From Haplodiscus bocki (Eukaryota): a stretch of 64,000 bases of DNA. The notes under the pieces were generated by a model that had not been told where the DNA came from, did no database searches, and worked only from the letters and a program-made list of their open reading frames with translations. The translations under genes were made by a program, and so were the position numbers. Below, one piece after another: positions 1-14,085 of this stretch (its first letter is position 1; each line of letters begins with the position of its first letter). Location of the stretch: NCBI GenBank assembly GCA_965655095.1, contig OZ296651.1:111724001-111788000 (forward strand), in the 5' to 3' direction.

Positions 1-3000
1 ATTACCAATTTCAAGACATCTTCTTTATGAGGCCAATTTATGATTAAGTTTTCTGCTGTTGACAATGCATTCGGAAGGGAAATGTTCTTCTTCCTCCAAG
101 GTCCCAAGCCAACATTATGTTCTCGAATTCGTCGATTGAGGCACATTGTTGAACCACTATATAACAAGTTGTTTTGCGGGACGCTCTGAATAAGGTAACA
201 GTAGCCAACATTCTCCTGCGGTATACTGATGGTTGATGGAAAAGGGTTTGTAGCACCATGGAAGATCGTTGGGTCACGGGAAGAACACTTCTGGAGGATT
301 TCGGTAGTCAGCTCCGACCACTGTGACTTTTTACACAGCAAACTCAGGATGGCTCCTTCGTTCGACTGCTTCGATCCCACGAAAGTGATGTCCCCCAGTG
401 ATCGAACACGACTCATTACTACGTATAGTTGCTCTGGCAACCAAAGTGAAAACTCCTGGGCTCCAACAATCTGCGTAGCAACTGTTGGGAGTGTTTCGCC
501 CATAGTTTCATGAATAGTTGACGCCACGTATAATTTGAGGGGGAATTGGATTCTGCGACAAATAGTTCTGTGGTTTAGACGAATGTTCACTCCGATTTCT
601 TTTGCAAGGACAATACATCTCCAGGTACTTCGTATTACAGAGAGTGGTGGAATGGATCGGCAACCAGCAGGTGCCAAGGCAACAGTTACTGTTCCGTTGT
701 CAGCCAATGAGTCCAGGGAAACCAAAACACAGAGTTGTCCTTGGAAAGCCATCACATTTGGCTTGTTCACTGTGAGTCGGAGAATTGCTCCAGGGAACAG
801 AAACAACGATTGTGGCTCCAAACATTTCTTGTTTAAAAACTTTGTCGCCGCTCCAGAAGCTTCTATCCAGTTGTCCGTACTTGACACACACATTTCATCT
901 GTCGATGAACTTTCATGGAACTGGGAACCACTGTCTTTCACTTGACAAATTTTCTTTAAGGTCGCATATCTTTCTGCTTTGCGAGTAGCAAAAATTCGAA
1001 TTGTATCATTTGGTACGTCATCCCAACATTCTACGAAATTGCAATTTCGCTCGATCAAATTCCAAATTTGCTTTCCGATGAGAGGTGTTCTGGGAAAAGT
1101 TGACATGAGTGACAAAACTTTCTGACCTGTTTCATTTTACATACGCACAAAGTGCTGGAGGAAACTAAAATGAAAAGTCGTTAAAGGGAATGAAGAACTG
1201 ATCAGACAACTTCCTTTTGGTGGAGGAAGTTGAAAAAAGTCTCCTGTTGGAATGATTAGTTTCCCAGCAAAGGGCACGTAGTTCGAGCAAATGATTTGGA
1301 AAACATGGTCCGTGGCCGCCCAAAGTTCACTAGAGATCATCGAAATTTCTTCAACGAACAATACATCCAAATTCTGGAGAAACCGACTTTTGTCCGGTGA
1401 TTTCTGCAAGCTGGACAAAGCTACTCGAGACAAAGAATTAACAGTTCCATTTTTTTCCACCGGGAAAGGAATGAGAGCGTTCAGATGCTTCCCCCCTAAA
1501 GCAGCCGACCTTTCGGCCGCCAGCGAAGTTACCATGCAATTGAGTCCTTGACATATTGCATAACTCAGAGCTCTCAGCATGATGAACGTTTTTCCCGTTC
1601 CTGGTGCCCCTGCAATGATTTGATGTCTGACGAAATTTTGTGTTCCCCCTCTGTACAAGTCCACGATTTCAACTAAATGTTTCAAAATGTTACTCTGTTC
1701 ACAGTACGACTTCACTGTCTGGTCAGGATGTCTACCAAAGTCCGGTTTCCAAACAACGGGTGCAGTCAGGGAAGCGTCTATCATACTTTCTTCGCTTGGA
1801 AGTCCCATTTGGCATGTGTGTAAGAACTCCACCAATCTACTCTTGTTCATTGTCAAATCTACAGCAACATTTTCTTCGGAGTCGGCAGAGATAGTGCGAT
1901 CCAAAACAGCTGGTACCCCGGATGCAAAATACAAATTGTTTTCTAACAGTGCCTCTTCTAGAACGCTATTTGCCATCAACAAAAACTTGTCAATGAGTTT
2001 AGAGGATCCTGGCACGAAGCGGAGCTGTTGCAGTAGGTACCGGCGAGCTAGTTGAAGGACGACTGCTACAGTAATATTGTTACGCTCGACCAGTTTGGCA
2101 GCTACAAAAGCTTCCTTGAGAGTGGAAACAGAGAGAAAGTCCAGTTCGGTGTCAAACGAACCAAAAGTTAGTACAAAGTGCAACAAGAACTTTGTTGGAC
2201 TACTGGGCAGAGTATTTGTGAAAACCACTATGCCTTTTTGATCTGAGAAACAAAGATTGTACGCTACTAGTCTGGGGCAACTGTTGGTTCCTTGCAATTT
2301 GGGGACAATGCGTTTGCGGCACTCCTCTTTCAAAAATTCGTCCCTCGGGTTATCACTTCTTGTTGCACAGAAATCAAGAAAATCAAAGATAGCGGGTGGG
2401 CGTATCTTGATGACGTATCCAAGGCAATCAACCCAAAAGTCATTACACGATGCACGGCTCAACAAAATCTCATGACTACTTTTCCCTTTCGAAATGTTTT
2501 TTTTGAGTCTAACGAACCAACTGAAATAACTTTTCAAACTGCTGACAAAGAGAAGCTCCGGTGGTCTCAGGCCAAAAATGGTCACTTTGTCAGGCGTAAT
2601 CGAACTCGATTCTACATCTGCCAACAACAATTCTTGACTTTTTGTTAATTGTCGATGTTTTGGAAGCTTCAGGACGTTCTTCCGAATTAGAACAGCTTCG
2701 GCAAAAACAGCACTGAAGTTCATGGTGCTCGCAATATATTTTTCTATCACTATTCCTGATCTGAACTCTTTGGGAACTGTTGGTACATGAATGAAATCTA
2801 CGTTGCTGCAAACGTACGGCAACTGCAAAGCCCACCACAAGCATTCAGTTATGCTAACAATTCTTCCTGTTACAGATTTGCGTTTATCATCATCCTGACG
2901 TTTTTTGGTTACGCTGGATTGGACACCGGCTATTTTTTCATTCACAATAGGTTCCGTTTGGACTTTCACTTCATTCTCACCAGCAGAGGCTAATATCTTT

Positions 3001-5991
3001 GTGAACGCCCGACCTTCCACACCGGCAGCATACTTTGCAACGTATCGTGAACACATTTCGTCGTCACAAATTTGGACGTTCGTACTGCTTTCCGTGAAAG
3101 CAAACAAAGCTGCCTTTGTTGGTGACAAGTGTTCATTGTAAGCAGCAGGGTAGTGATGTTTTCCAGCTTTCAGTTCTTCTTCAACTTTGTCTGTTGAAGA
3201 GTTAGGGTCAATATAGGACAATTTCATGCTTCTCAACAAGTCCCAAGTTTCTTTCGAGTAATTAGGTTGTATTTCCTTGTAAGAGAACCCAATTGATGCA
3301 GGATATTTAGGTACCCTACACACTGGCTTTCCCAACCAATCAGTTTTCTTTTTACATCTATTTTTTCCCTTGCCACAATCGTGCCGTTGGTATTTTTGGA
3401 AAAGTTCTCCCAACCGGAACCGTTCTCTATCCGATAACGCTGGACAACATTTGCTCAAGGCGCCCATGAATGTTTCTTTTGAACAGCAGACTCGGGATTG
3501 AACTTCCGGACCAAACTTGTTTTCTCCGGTACACACTAGTGCAGGGATGTGTGGAAAGGCCGAAGTTTCATCCTGCCACTCGTATCTCATCCATAAGTGA
3601 GAGATTGGTCCCAAAGGTTGCTCCGCCGAACACTTCAACCATTGCATTACATACAGTGAGGCGCGATGCCAACATCTAAGCATAGGAATTAATTCACTTT
3701 GTATTACAGATAATCTCAGTTCTTTCGATGTCATATCGGGCGGGTAAAGTTTGTCAATAGCCTGGAAAATTTTCCGCAAGCCGGGGTGAGTAGATTGCCC
3801 ACATGTGTATGTAACAAAATAAGTGGGGTTTTTATCTCTAATGAGTGCTGCTACTTCGCAGACATTTTTCCGGGATTCTGCACAATCGAACTTGAACGTT
3901 TCATCGGAAAAGTACTGATAATTAGTAGGCGTACTGCCCAATTCCCGCCAGCCTCTGTTCAACACAATAAGACCCAACGCTCCGAAACAGTTGATAGGTG
4001 TGGCTAGCATAATTAGCCTTCAAGCTACTCACACACGACAATGAAGGTGATGCAACGGCTAATCTTTCCTCAAACAAAGTTGGAATTCGTCCCAGCTCCG
4101 GATGCCTGGGGGGATGCAAGAACTGTAACGCACATCCCCTGTCATGCGCATAACAAGTTTGCACAACCAAACCTTCTTTCTCATGTAACCGCACTGTGGC
4201 AGCCACCAGAAACGTCTTTAAGCACATCAAAGGGCGCAAAAAGTCGAGTCTAGCGCCTCTGAGTTTTTTGAATGCAGACGCTTGGAATGATGTGAAAGTT
4301 CTGTCCATCAAGTTTATAAAATGCTGCGCTGGTATGTACCCAGGATCTTCGATAAACGTCCAACAACCACAAGGGCAACGTATGTTTGGATACGGTTCCA
4401 AGTCCAAAGCTTCAGCCATTTCTTTTTGTCCCATTGTTGTCATTAGTTGCTCGAAAAATTTCAGTCTCTGTGTTCCATCAACAGTACAAGTGCCAAGAAT
4501 ACGCGGCCGATTCAAAACACGCTGGATGCAGATAGGGAAAAGGGTAATTACCCCTAACCAATGTTGCCTTATTTCCAGGGGTAACAGCGAGCAAATAGCG
4601 ACTAAACAAGCTTCTGGCCTGGAAGTATCAGAAAGGAACGTGAAAAAAACAGCTGGCCAAGCCATTTGCCAGTTAACTTTTGGTGCAGTACAATAGCTAT
4701 AACAGAAACAACACAGATGTACGTTTTCGTTTTTCAGCTTCCTGCCGAATTTTCTATTAACCAATCCCGCTTTGCTGTAGGCCTTAATGTCGAACGGAAA
4801 ATATACCGTGGCTTGACGCATGCACTTGCAACAAATGTTGGCAGCATCGACAGTATCTGTCACAACCAATTTTGGCTCATTTTCAACGGTTGATTCTTCA
4901 GTCAATTCAGGTGATGGAACAAAATTTCCAGTAATTTTCAGTAAAATCTCATCAGTCAATTCGTCTCCAGGCAATCTGTGAAATTGACCTTGTCGATGTT
5001 CCACAGCAGTTGGAGGACGGCCTCTACTTCGCGTTGTAGTATTTTCTCCACCACAAAGAACTTCCGCCAAACAAAAAGACGTCACAGCTGTATTTGTTTC
5101 TCTATCGTCGATCAAATATGTGGCGACTGGATATTCTGAAGTCGGTCTGCGCTTCTGCAAAGGCTCAGTTTGATCAAGTGCTGCAGGCGCTGTCTGGCAG
5201 TGAGTATTCATTGCTGAATTGGCACATTGACTACTCGAACCAGCAAAATCTTCTGATAGCAGTGATGAAGTGTGGTATGTTTCGGTCAAGCCACTAATTA
5301 CCTCAAAGTGATCTCCAGTTCGCGTTTGTTGAATGAAAACGCCTTGTCTGTCATTTGAGCAGTCGCATTTGTAAACGAACCAATTTTTCAAAATACTGTG
5401 GTATACATAAACGTCCAATTTAAAATTTTGACAGAAGGTATAAATTTCAACACAAGTGCCAAAAACTCCATTTTCTGCCATTCGCGATGTCTGCAGGTAG
5501 TGCTTGACAGTTGGACTGGTCAGAAGTTTAATTTGGTTGGGGAACTCAGCGGAATAGATTGAAGTTTGCAAACTGTTTTCCGGAAAAGTTACCGAGTTCA
5601 TGTTACTCACAATATGTTTCCTCAAATCATGACCACTTTCAAGAGATAAACCGATGGCTACGCCCAGGGCAGTGAAAAGACAATTACCATCACCCCTTAT
5701 AGAAAGACTCTGCGAGGGTTGAACAGAAGTGAGGCGAATGTTAGTTTTATTCACAATTCTGCCGCTTGTTGGGGAACAGGATAGTCCCATCGCTTCCAAC
5801 GTTGATTCCAAGTGCAGGGTATCCACAGAGGAGACCAGCAAATTACTATCAGCTATACTGTACAAAATTCCTAATGGTTCGCTATTTGAAGAAACATTGT
5901 CAGTGTTCTTTGGACACGAGTGATTAAGTTCACTGAAGCGTCCACATTTTGCACAGCGACGTCTTTTCAAATCACTCTTGCCAGATGGCAT
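1..5991 (-). pseudogene. Helentron-like OTU-Rep-PIF1-GIY-YIG transposase, copy 1 (decayed; runs off left edge)
   Basis: ORFs 3922-6033 and 1137-4010 align to the intact 2689-aa ORF: OTU GDGNCLF...DHFEV, Rep YFVTYTC and YVAKY, Walker A GAPGTGKT, GDFFQLPP. Lesions: ~2-kb frameshifting deletion near 3970, HUH HLH->HIP, TAA at 1137-1139 replacing Q. The frame then continues to base 1 with RIQFPLK, QLYVVMSRV and an internally deleted GIY-YIG (GYCYLIQS..LYSGST..RRIREHN). First in-frame ATG at 5991. Confidence 0.9.
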
Positions 5992-6189
5992 TACTTTTTC
6001 ACAAGAAACGTCGAGCAAAAATTTATCAATCACTCTTCTTTAACAGTGAATTTATTGTAAATAGTAGGCGCCATTATAGAACCAAAGTACAAAATGACAC
6101 CGTTTTGCTCAGCTTTCAAACTGTTCAATTAACGGTAGCATCTAATTAATTCGAAAAAAGCAGTATCCAGAAAAAAATATGCAATGTGG

Positions 6190-6227
6190 GCCTTGGTTTT
6201 GCGCAGTTAATGAAGCAAAACCAAGGC
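6190..6227. promoter_or_regulatory. Conserved hairpin GCCTTGGTTTTGC-N12-GCAAAACCAAGGC upstream of copy 1 (candidate 5' subterminal signal)
   Basis: Perfect 13-bp inverted repeat with a 12-nt loop; identical arms recur at 24221 and 41988. Confidence 0.75.
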
Positions 6228-9200
6228 ATTCATCAGAGAAAGAAAACAAACACGTATTTACTTGGAGAGGCGGCGATGTAATGAGTGTTAATTGCGAATC
6301 TTGTGTTGCTTAAAAATCGTTATATAAGAACTTATTTTCCGTTCACCCATACAAGTGGAACGCATGTTGATGTTACGGATTCCCGTCAATTAGTAGTGTA
6401 CACGGGGAGTTCGTTCAAGTATTTTCCACAATCCTCAGTGAAAGAAACTACAATGCACATCACAATCGTTCTTAAAAGCCAACAATGTTCAGTTGGAAAA
6501 ACCAACTGAGAACGCATGAGTGATGAGCGAACTCATACGCATTTCCAAAGGTGTTTGGGAAAACTGTGCACTTTAGCAGGGCTGCAAGGTAACCTAAAAA
6601 GTAATCATAAAAAATGAAGAGGCAAGAAATGGAGGAAAAATAAAGTTTTTCCGATATCGTACTATTAATTGAAGCAAACTGAAATTATGCCCTATTGTTT
6701 ATGACTCAAGTCTGACACGAGGTGAAAAATGATTCCACAAAAAAACCATCATCATGTAGAAAACCCGAAATCCTAACAAATTAGAGAACTATGTTTGAAA
6801 GGTTCTCACCATCTTGTTTTTCTCTTGGTGAAATCTTAGCTTCCAAAATCATTGCATGATACGGAAGTTATGGAAGCTGAGAAAACCAGGTAATTTAGTT
6901 GAGAAAAGAACTGCATGGAGCAGCGGCTGGTCAACAAAATTTCAATCAATAATATCGACAGCGATTATGTAAATTCTAAAAATGAAACATTCAAGTTCAT
7001 TATTGTACAAAGCAGATGGGAGTTTTGAAAGTTGAAATAAGAAACAGCAAGAGGCCGTCTTTTTCTCCCGCCAAAAAACACGTTAACAATTTTACCTTGT
7101 CAAAGTTTCATTTCAACAACTGAAGAATGTAAACATTCAGTATTTGCGGAAAGTTATTGAAATTGTCCTCAAACAGAAGTCGTTTTCTTATAAGTGCGTA
7201 CCACAGTTGATCCACAGTCACATGCGTGGTACTTCCACGCCAAAGATAACACACAGTGTGCTATGAATGTTGAGGCAGTACTTTTCATCAAAAATTATTT
7301 TCCATAAGCAAGGTTTTTGCTAATATATGCACAAAACGCGTCCAAATCCAAACAGTGTTGCCGGAAAAGGCAATTTTTTGCGGTCAAAACTATTGATAGT
7401 ATGATCTGAATTACGGTCATTCGATCTTGAATTTCGCTCCAAAAATGGTACAAACGATTGAATGGTTGATCACATGGAAGATGAAACGAAACTCACAGGC
7501 AACACAAACATGAAGAAATTTCCAAACCAGCAAAAACACGATGAAATGACGCACACATTGTCAAGTTTGTCAGAAACCTATAGGTAATGTAATTCTGCGA
7601 ACATGCACGTTAACACTCTGTAGCTTTTAGGCTGTAGATGGGTAAAAAATTAATGAAAACAATTTCTTCTGCGTAGCAAAACCATTAGCATGCTCAATTG
7701 TGAGGAGCCCGCTGACACTGTTCGTTCAATGCCAATCAGCTTTGGAATCCATCGGTATAAATTTAAAGTTACGATTATGTTGTACACTGTTCAATTTTTC
7801 TTACGCCTCTCATGCTCCATCATCCACATTAGCAATTCATGTAGGATGATAACAGCGGAGCTACCCTTTGGAATTCGGAAATTGTGGAAGAATACCTAGT
7901 ACTCAGTCAACGATTCTTACAAACATTATCCAGCATTCTTCGTCCAGGAAAAGGTCAGTTAAATAAATTATCCGATACAATTAGCTCAATTTATCGACAG
8001 AAGCCACACGATGTGGACCATAGTGAGTTGAGACTTCAGTGAGTCACGATTCACAAGATGAAAACTTCCCACGATCGAATGACATAAAAAAAGTGTCTAC
8101 TTCAGAGGGTTCAAAAGAGGGATGGGAAATTGGCAAGGTCTAGTTGACGCTAAAGAAATTATGATTTCATATCAAAACGCTTTATCCAAAAACCAACTTC
8201 GGCAATAGTTCAGGGGAATAACACGTTGCTATATTTCGCTCGTCCGCGGATAATTTTTTTTGAAGAGAAGCATTTTTTCACAGAAAAATCAAAACTTACT
8301 TCGAAAAAAGTTCAAAACTCCGATATGTAGGCTTCAGAAGCAACCAAATATATTGTTCCGAAAAACTCAGATAAAAGAATTCGTGAAACGCGACAATTTT
8401 TGAACGGTCTCTAGAACAGTAAAATCTTCAAAATCGGAAACACTCAAAAACGACATCAAGAGTAAAGAAGCATCGTTTCAACTGTACACGTTACCTCCAC
8501 ATATTGTTAAAGTTGCCTACACCAACCACATTTCATGTTGACAAAAACTCAAAATGTAGACAATGGAAGTACTGCATTCAAGACTTCATAAAAGAAAGGC
8601 ACATATTTAATCGACTATCAGTACTGATCCGCCATCAAGTTGGCCTTTATCTTGTCATTATTTAAGGTTGATGATTATTTGATGAAGACAACTGTGTCAA
8701 TTCAATGATGATTATGACTAGTAACTTTTTCTCATCACTTTATTATCCAGAAGCATCAAACGTTCTATATATGTTTTGTACGACGCATGAATAATATTGT
8801 TACATAGTGGATGAAATGATATGGCGCAGAACTTCCTATTCATAAATTTCTCTAGTACAGAACACCCAACTGTACATTTTCATGTTTTGAAAAAATCAAC
8901 TGATGTGAAATAGCACACAACACTTATATTGTTCCGCTGAAACACAAAGGAAGGCAACGCGAACCACCAAGAATTGCTTCAAGTACATGACTCATTGCGC
9001 AACCAAAAGATTTCTTTAAAAAAGTGGATTAAATAAATGGAACGTAACTGTATTCAAAACGTCCATTGTTATGGAAGCCCGTAACGGGTAGGTCTGCGGA
9101 GTTACTTTTTCATTCACCAGCTGATAAAGTGGAAAATTTGTAACTTTACCGTTCTGAGCTGACTTTTGGAAAAAATCGCCCGGAAAGTACGTTTGCCATA

Positions 9201-9459
9201 CTTCATTGTTGCTGTCATGAACTTGAAAAAAACAGGAAAAATACTAGAAGTTTTGAGGAACATGCCCACAATTACGGTGTGAGACGAACTCTGTACGTAT
9301 CAGTTGCATCCGCATTGTGCGAGTTAGTCTTCAGCCTGGAGAAAAGTATCGTAGAAAAAAAGAACAAACAACAGTTTCCAATTATATAAACAAAAATTTT
9401 GAATTCCGAACCAACCACCAGAATTGATACAGAAATAGAAAAATGAATGCAAAAAATCC

Positions 9460-11070
9460 CGCCCTCTAGTAATTTGCACCGTTGCCTCCACGGGGTGGTC
9501 ACGCTCTTAAGCCCCACAAAACAGTTTTGCGAGGCGGGGGAGGGGCCCTGTGCCGAGCTTCATAAATCAAGTTTACACTTAACCGGACCCCCCCCCCCCC
9601 CCGAAAAGGAGACGATCTCGAAACCTAACCATACGATTTTGATCAAACTTTGCATGTGGATAGAGTCTGCCGATGTATGAAGATTTTTGGCACTTACATC
9701 ATTTTCTTTTTCTTCGTTGGGGAGATATGACGCAATGATCCTATTTTTTGGCAGGTTTCGATGTTTTTTTCGCAATATCTCCACACTTTAACCATAGCAT
9801 TGGACCCAATTTTTTTGTGTGAAGCACAATTGTTGTGGACTACCTACATGCCAAAAAATTTTGGCCAGGGCCCATTGCCCTAGGAGATATGACCTTTCAA
9901 AGTTGTCAAAAATGGGCCAAAAACGATCATTTTGTCATTTCTCCCACGTTGATGTTAAAAAAGTGATGTAAGCTTTCGTCACAACGTGACGGGACCTGTG
10001 TCAAATGAAATATGGTTTTCCGACGAAAAAAATGTTTTGGTCAAATTGCCGAAAATAATGACGGTTATGACGATTTTTTTGGAAGAAAAAAAAACAGCTA
10101 AAAAGTCAGTTTCTCTACTTCATCTGAAATCCGTCAACTTTTTGAAGGCGGGAATCAAGCTTTGCTGAATTTTCGTACTAAACTACTGAGCTGGGAAACT
10201 GTCAGTGACACAACTTTTAATTTGGGCCAATTCAAAAAATCTCGCTGCAGTTGTTTTTCTTTCAATTCCAAATTATTTGTATTAGAAATTATGAAAATTA
10301 TGTTATAGTTATACATAACTGTAGCAACTTTTTTGTCTCGACAGAAGTCTGTAAAACTGTAATTTTTGACTCAATCTGGCGAAAGTACCTAACATGGAAC
10401 GTTTCATAGGGAACAGTGAAAGTACATATATGGGCACAAAAAAAGAACCAGTGGCCGCCAACTGGTGAATTTCACCGTTGCCTCCACTGGGTGGTCAGGG
10501 GATTGCGCCCCACATTAGTCTTTGCGAGGCGGGGGAGGGGCCCCTTTGCCGAGCGTTAAAATATAAGAAAAAACAAATATGCACAAACGGTATAGGGAAT
10601 TAGCGATCTCAGCTCCCACCCATACGATTTGGATCAAACTTTGCATGCGGACATAACTTTCAATTCTAAGAACAATGGTCCAAGTTAGATCATTCTAGCA
10701 AAAATGGTTGGGGAATTATGACGGGATGATTCTGTTTTTTGGCCTCATTTTGCAGTTTTTTACCGACAGCCCTGCAAGTAACCACATGCATTTGGCCGAA
10801 ACTTTTCCTGTGAAGCAGAATAACTAAGGGCTACACACATGCAAAAAATTATCCACGAACTTGTCATAGGTGTTGAGATATGACGGATCAAATTTGGAAA
10901 AAAATGCCGAAAATCGACCATTTCGTCATAGCTCCCACATTGAAGTGCATAGTTTGCCCTCTGGAGTGGCTCCAGTATGAAATCGACTCCATAACTTGAA
11001 AGGCAATTTTCCGAAGATGAAAAATTTTCGGCCACTTTGCCGAAAGAAATGACGGTTATGACGAACTTTT
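9460..11070. repeat. Array 1 of ~600-bp modular repeat (unit A 9460-10075, linker, unit B 10448-11070); HINE/DINE-1-like
   Basis: Units share GCCTCCACnGGGTGGTCA, GCGAGGCGGGGGAGGGGCCC, CATACGATTTnGATCAAACTTTGCATG and the terminal AATGACGGTTATGACGA. Each unit has three ~160-180-bp subrepeats (ATCTC...GAGATATGAC). Family assignment is inferred. Confidence 0.85.
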
Positions 11071-12013
11071 CAAAAAAAACCATAAAAAAAAACAAAAAAT
11101 CAAAATTTGGCGCAGAATTTGATTATGACACTTAAACAGGCGCATGGCGAACGTCGGCAGGAATTTTTGCCTGCAATTCATTGAAAGCAACCGTTCTTTT
11201 AACAAACAACTTCAAGTTGGATGAGTTTCTGGGAAGAAAACTTAAAATTTTTTTCCAAACGAGTACTTTCAAAATTTGACCCTCGAAAGTGTTTTAACTT
11301 TCTCAAAAAACTTGCGCACCAATGTTGTCAATTTGTAGGCAGTAGGATCCCAGATTTTACTTTGTGAAAACAACCTGAATGAAGCAAATGAACCTGTATA
11401 GACTTCAGAAAAAAACTTCCTTAAAATTTCGTATGAAAGTTTGTTCCCATTCTTCTGTTGGCGAAAATTAGAACACTTTCTAGTTTTATTCCTTTTCCCT
11501 GTTTTGCAAAGCGTTCACTGCATCAAACGTCAAGCAACAAACTGAGAGTGTGCACTGAGCCCAATAGAATAGCAAGACATTGTTTCAAAGTTCACAACGT
11601 TCGGTGATGAAGGGATAGTAATGTTTAACATAACAAGAAGTTAATTGCATAAGATAAAAAGTTCACAACTTCTACACGAACCAACAATCCACATTCAAAA
11701 GCAACACGAATTACCACAATGTTCTGAGCTACTGAAAAACATATGTTCACAGAGACAAGTCGTCGGCAGTTGCAAACTAATTTCCATTGTTCAACAACAA
11801 CTATTTTGACATTAGTGTTTACAGTTCTACAAAAACCAACAATTAACCTTTGGGTACTGATAAGTACTGGAAATTTAAACTTTGTCATAAACAAAAAAAT
11901 TGAACGATAGGTTTCAAGATTGAAAAGGAGGAGAACAAATTTTGGTTTGAAAGAACGAGGACAACTTTATCAGTTGACTTTTTTTCCGAAACTTGTTAAT
12001 TTGTGCAAGTTTT

Positions 12014-12045
12014 TTTCAGCAACCACCTTGCGGTCGATTGCGAAA
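12014..12045 (-). promoter_or_regulatory. Bulged stem-loop (GCAA loop) ~100 nt downstream of the OB-fold gene
   Basis: Minus strand folds UUUC-GCAAUC-G-ACC-GCAA-GGU-GGUUGC-U-GAAA. Confidence 0.65.
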
Positions 12046-12125
12046 GGAGAGATTGGTTTTGAAAGCCTTTAAGCAGCTGATGCGGTGGAGAAAGAACGGT
12101 CCTCTGAGGAGTAAGTCTAGATCAG

Positions 12126-13136
12126 CTATCGTACGTTGTTCGGATTGTTAGGAGCACCGACGTTAGCATTCGCATGTTGCAAAGCTGGGGGCTCATTGCC
12201 AATATTGGCGTTGCATGGCACAATGTTGTATTTCAAATTAAAAGGCACTTCAACGGCAGGCGTAATTTTGCAAATGCGGACACGTTGTACGTTTTGTGCA
12301 AGATTTTCGTCTGTGGATCCACTTTTGTAAAATCCACATACCTGCCACCCTCCATTCTCATTTACAAATTGTGACACCTGGTTAACAGCATTCCGCAGTT
12401 GTTGCGAATCGATTGATGCGTATGAACTTCTAATAATTGCTTCGCTGCAAAACATTTTTGTAAGGTTAAGACTTTGTATTATTTCTCCCGTGAGGGAGTC
12501 TTCGTCTTCATTTTCGATGTCACGACTGACAATTCGGGCGCACATTACCCAAGCTGAAACAGGAGATTTCTGTATACAGGGGCATACAGAGTCAATTCGT
12601 TTTTCTCGTCTGTCACACATGAAGCCTGAGCAAGTTGGAGCCACAGCACCTGCTTGTAAGAAGGTGAGGGGTCTGTTTGGCAAGCAAAAGTGAAACATTG
12701 CTGTCGTTGATGGGTGGAGATCTATGGGAATTGGCAACAATGGAATACTGTTAACCACGACTTCCAAAGGAAGAAAGACATGGAAAATTGGATTACTGCG
12801 GTCATTGCCGAGACAAGAATTCGAGAATACAGGTTCTTTTACGTCCACAATTGACCCTACCGTTAACAGAGTGTCTCCGAACAAAAAATAGCTTTTCTGT
12901 GCAGACTCCGCAATCACAGCAAAGCATTCTTTTGAATTGATCTCGCCTAGTATGACTAATCGATCATAACTGGTATCGAGGGCACCTCTCTTGTTTTTGA
13001 TATTTTGCGGTCTAAACAACTGCAAAGGTTTGTCGTATTTCTTAATAACTAGAACGATACCTCTGACGAACGTATTTTCGCTTCGACGCAAAAAATTTGG
13101 TGCTGTTACTTGGGAAGTGTTCACTTGAGTTGTCAT
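12126..13136 (-). CDS. 336-aa element-associated protein, putative OB-fold ssDNA-binding protein with Cys4 Zn site
   Basis: Intact ATG-to-stop ORF in otherwise ORF-poor DNA. The beta-rich N-half (VRGIVLVI..RLVILGE..CFAVI..LTVGSIVDVKEP) has OB-like strand spacing, followed by CSGFMC..CPC. Function is inferred. Confidence 0.7.
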   Translation of the reverse strand: MTTQVNTSQVTAPNFLRRSENTFVRGIVLVIKKYDKPLQLFRPQNIKNKRGALDTSYDRLVILGEINSKECFAVIAESAQKSYFLFGDTLLTVGSIVDVKEPVFSNSCLGNDRSNPIFHVFLPLEVVVNSIPLLPIPIDLHPSTTAMFHFCLPNRPLTFLQAGAVAPTCSGFMCDRREKRIDSVCPCIQKSPVSAWVMCARIVSRDIENEDEDSLTGEIIQSLNLTKMFCSEAIIRSSYASIDSQQLRNAVNQVSQFVNENGGWQVCGFYKSGSTDENLAQNVQRVRICKITPAVEVPFNLKYNIVPCNANIGNEPPALQHANANVGAPNNPNNVR

Positions 13137-13905
13137 AGTCTGAAATCAAACGTGGTTGAAGCTGCCTGAGAACTGAAAAATTGGAACATTCAAAACCATG
13201 CTTTTTCCTTTTTTTAAAGATTCTGTGAACGCATTTTCCTATAAGGTTCAATGAAGTCAACAGGCAAGTAATTTCGGTTTGAAGCATTTATTACAGTCAA
13301 TTAGCGCTATTGCTTCAAGTAAAGCAACTTGTTTATCAAAAAAATCACAAGTTTCTCAATTATTCAGAGTTCTCAAATCTTCTTTATCATTAAGTTTATT
13401 TCATAGAAATGTTATGTTACATTTACAGTTAGCTTACTGTTCAACGCATCACGCTTTATCGATCAGTAACACTCAAGGCAATAGAAAAAAATTGGTGATC
13501 AATGCACTCGAATACACCGTTATTACATCGGTTTTTTTTGTCCACAAAACTTGTAGAAAGTTAAGCATTATAAATTATATTTTCATTGCAGATGTTCCAC
13601 AACTGAAGTTTAATACGAGCTCAAACCTGCACAATGTTTGCTATAACGTTTTTTGCGCGGACAAGAACAAACATTTCGAAAGAAAATTTTATTCAAAAAA
13701 ATATGAACAATCCTTCTAAGAGTATGGCCAAGGTTAGTTGATCACCCTCAAAAATTTAAAATAACAAAAGTTTTTAACAAACAATGTAACTATGGAGTAC
13801 ACTATTTCAGCGAAAACATGAAGGACTTGTGACGACTCATAGCGGACGGCGACCATCACAAAATTGTTCCAATGACAACGAAGCATCAAAACTTCAAAGA
13901 CGTAC

Positions 13906-14085
13906 AGATCACCATGCGGTTGAACTCTTTACAGCGTCATCACAAACCAACTTTAAATTGAATGAGGCACGAAGACAAAGTTTAAAATAATAAACATGTT
14001 TTAATGTACGCCAAAATGCAAGGTGTATGGAACAAAAAATTTTCAAAACTCCAAAGAAGTAGAGGCCACCATGCGGTCGAACTCT
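13906..14085 (-). promoter_or_regulatory. Two bulged stem-loops (13906-13926, 14061-14085) in a ~157-bp duplication downstream of the SGNH gene
   Basis: Minus strand AGUUC-A-ACC-GCAU-GGU-GAUCU and AGAGUUC-G-ACC-GCAU-GGU-GGCCUCU. Confidence 0.6.
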
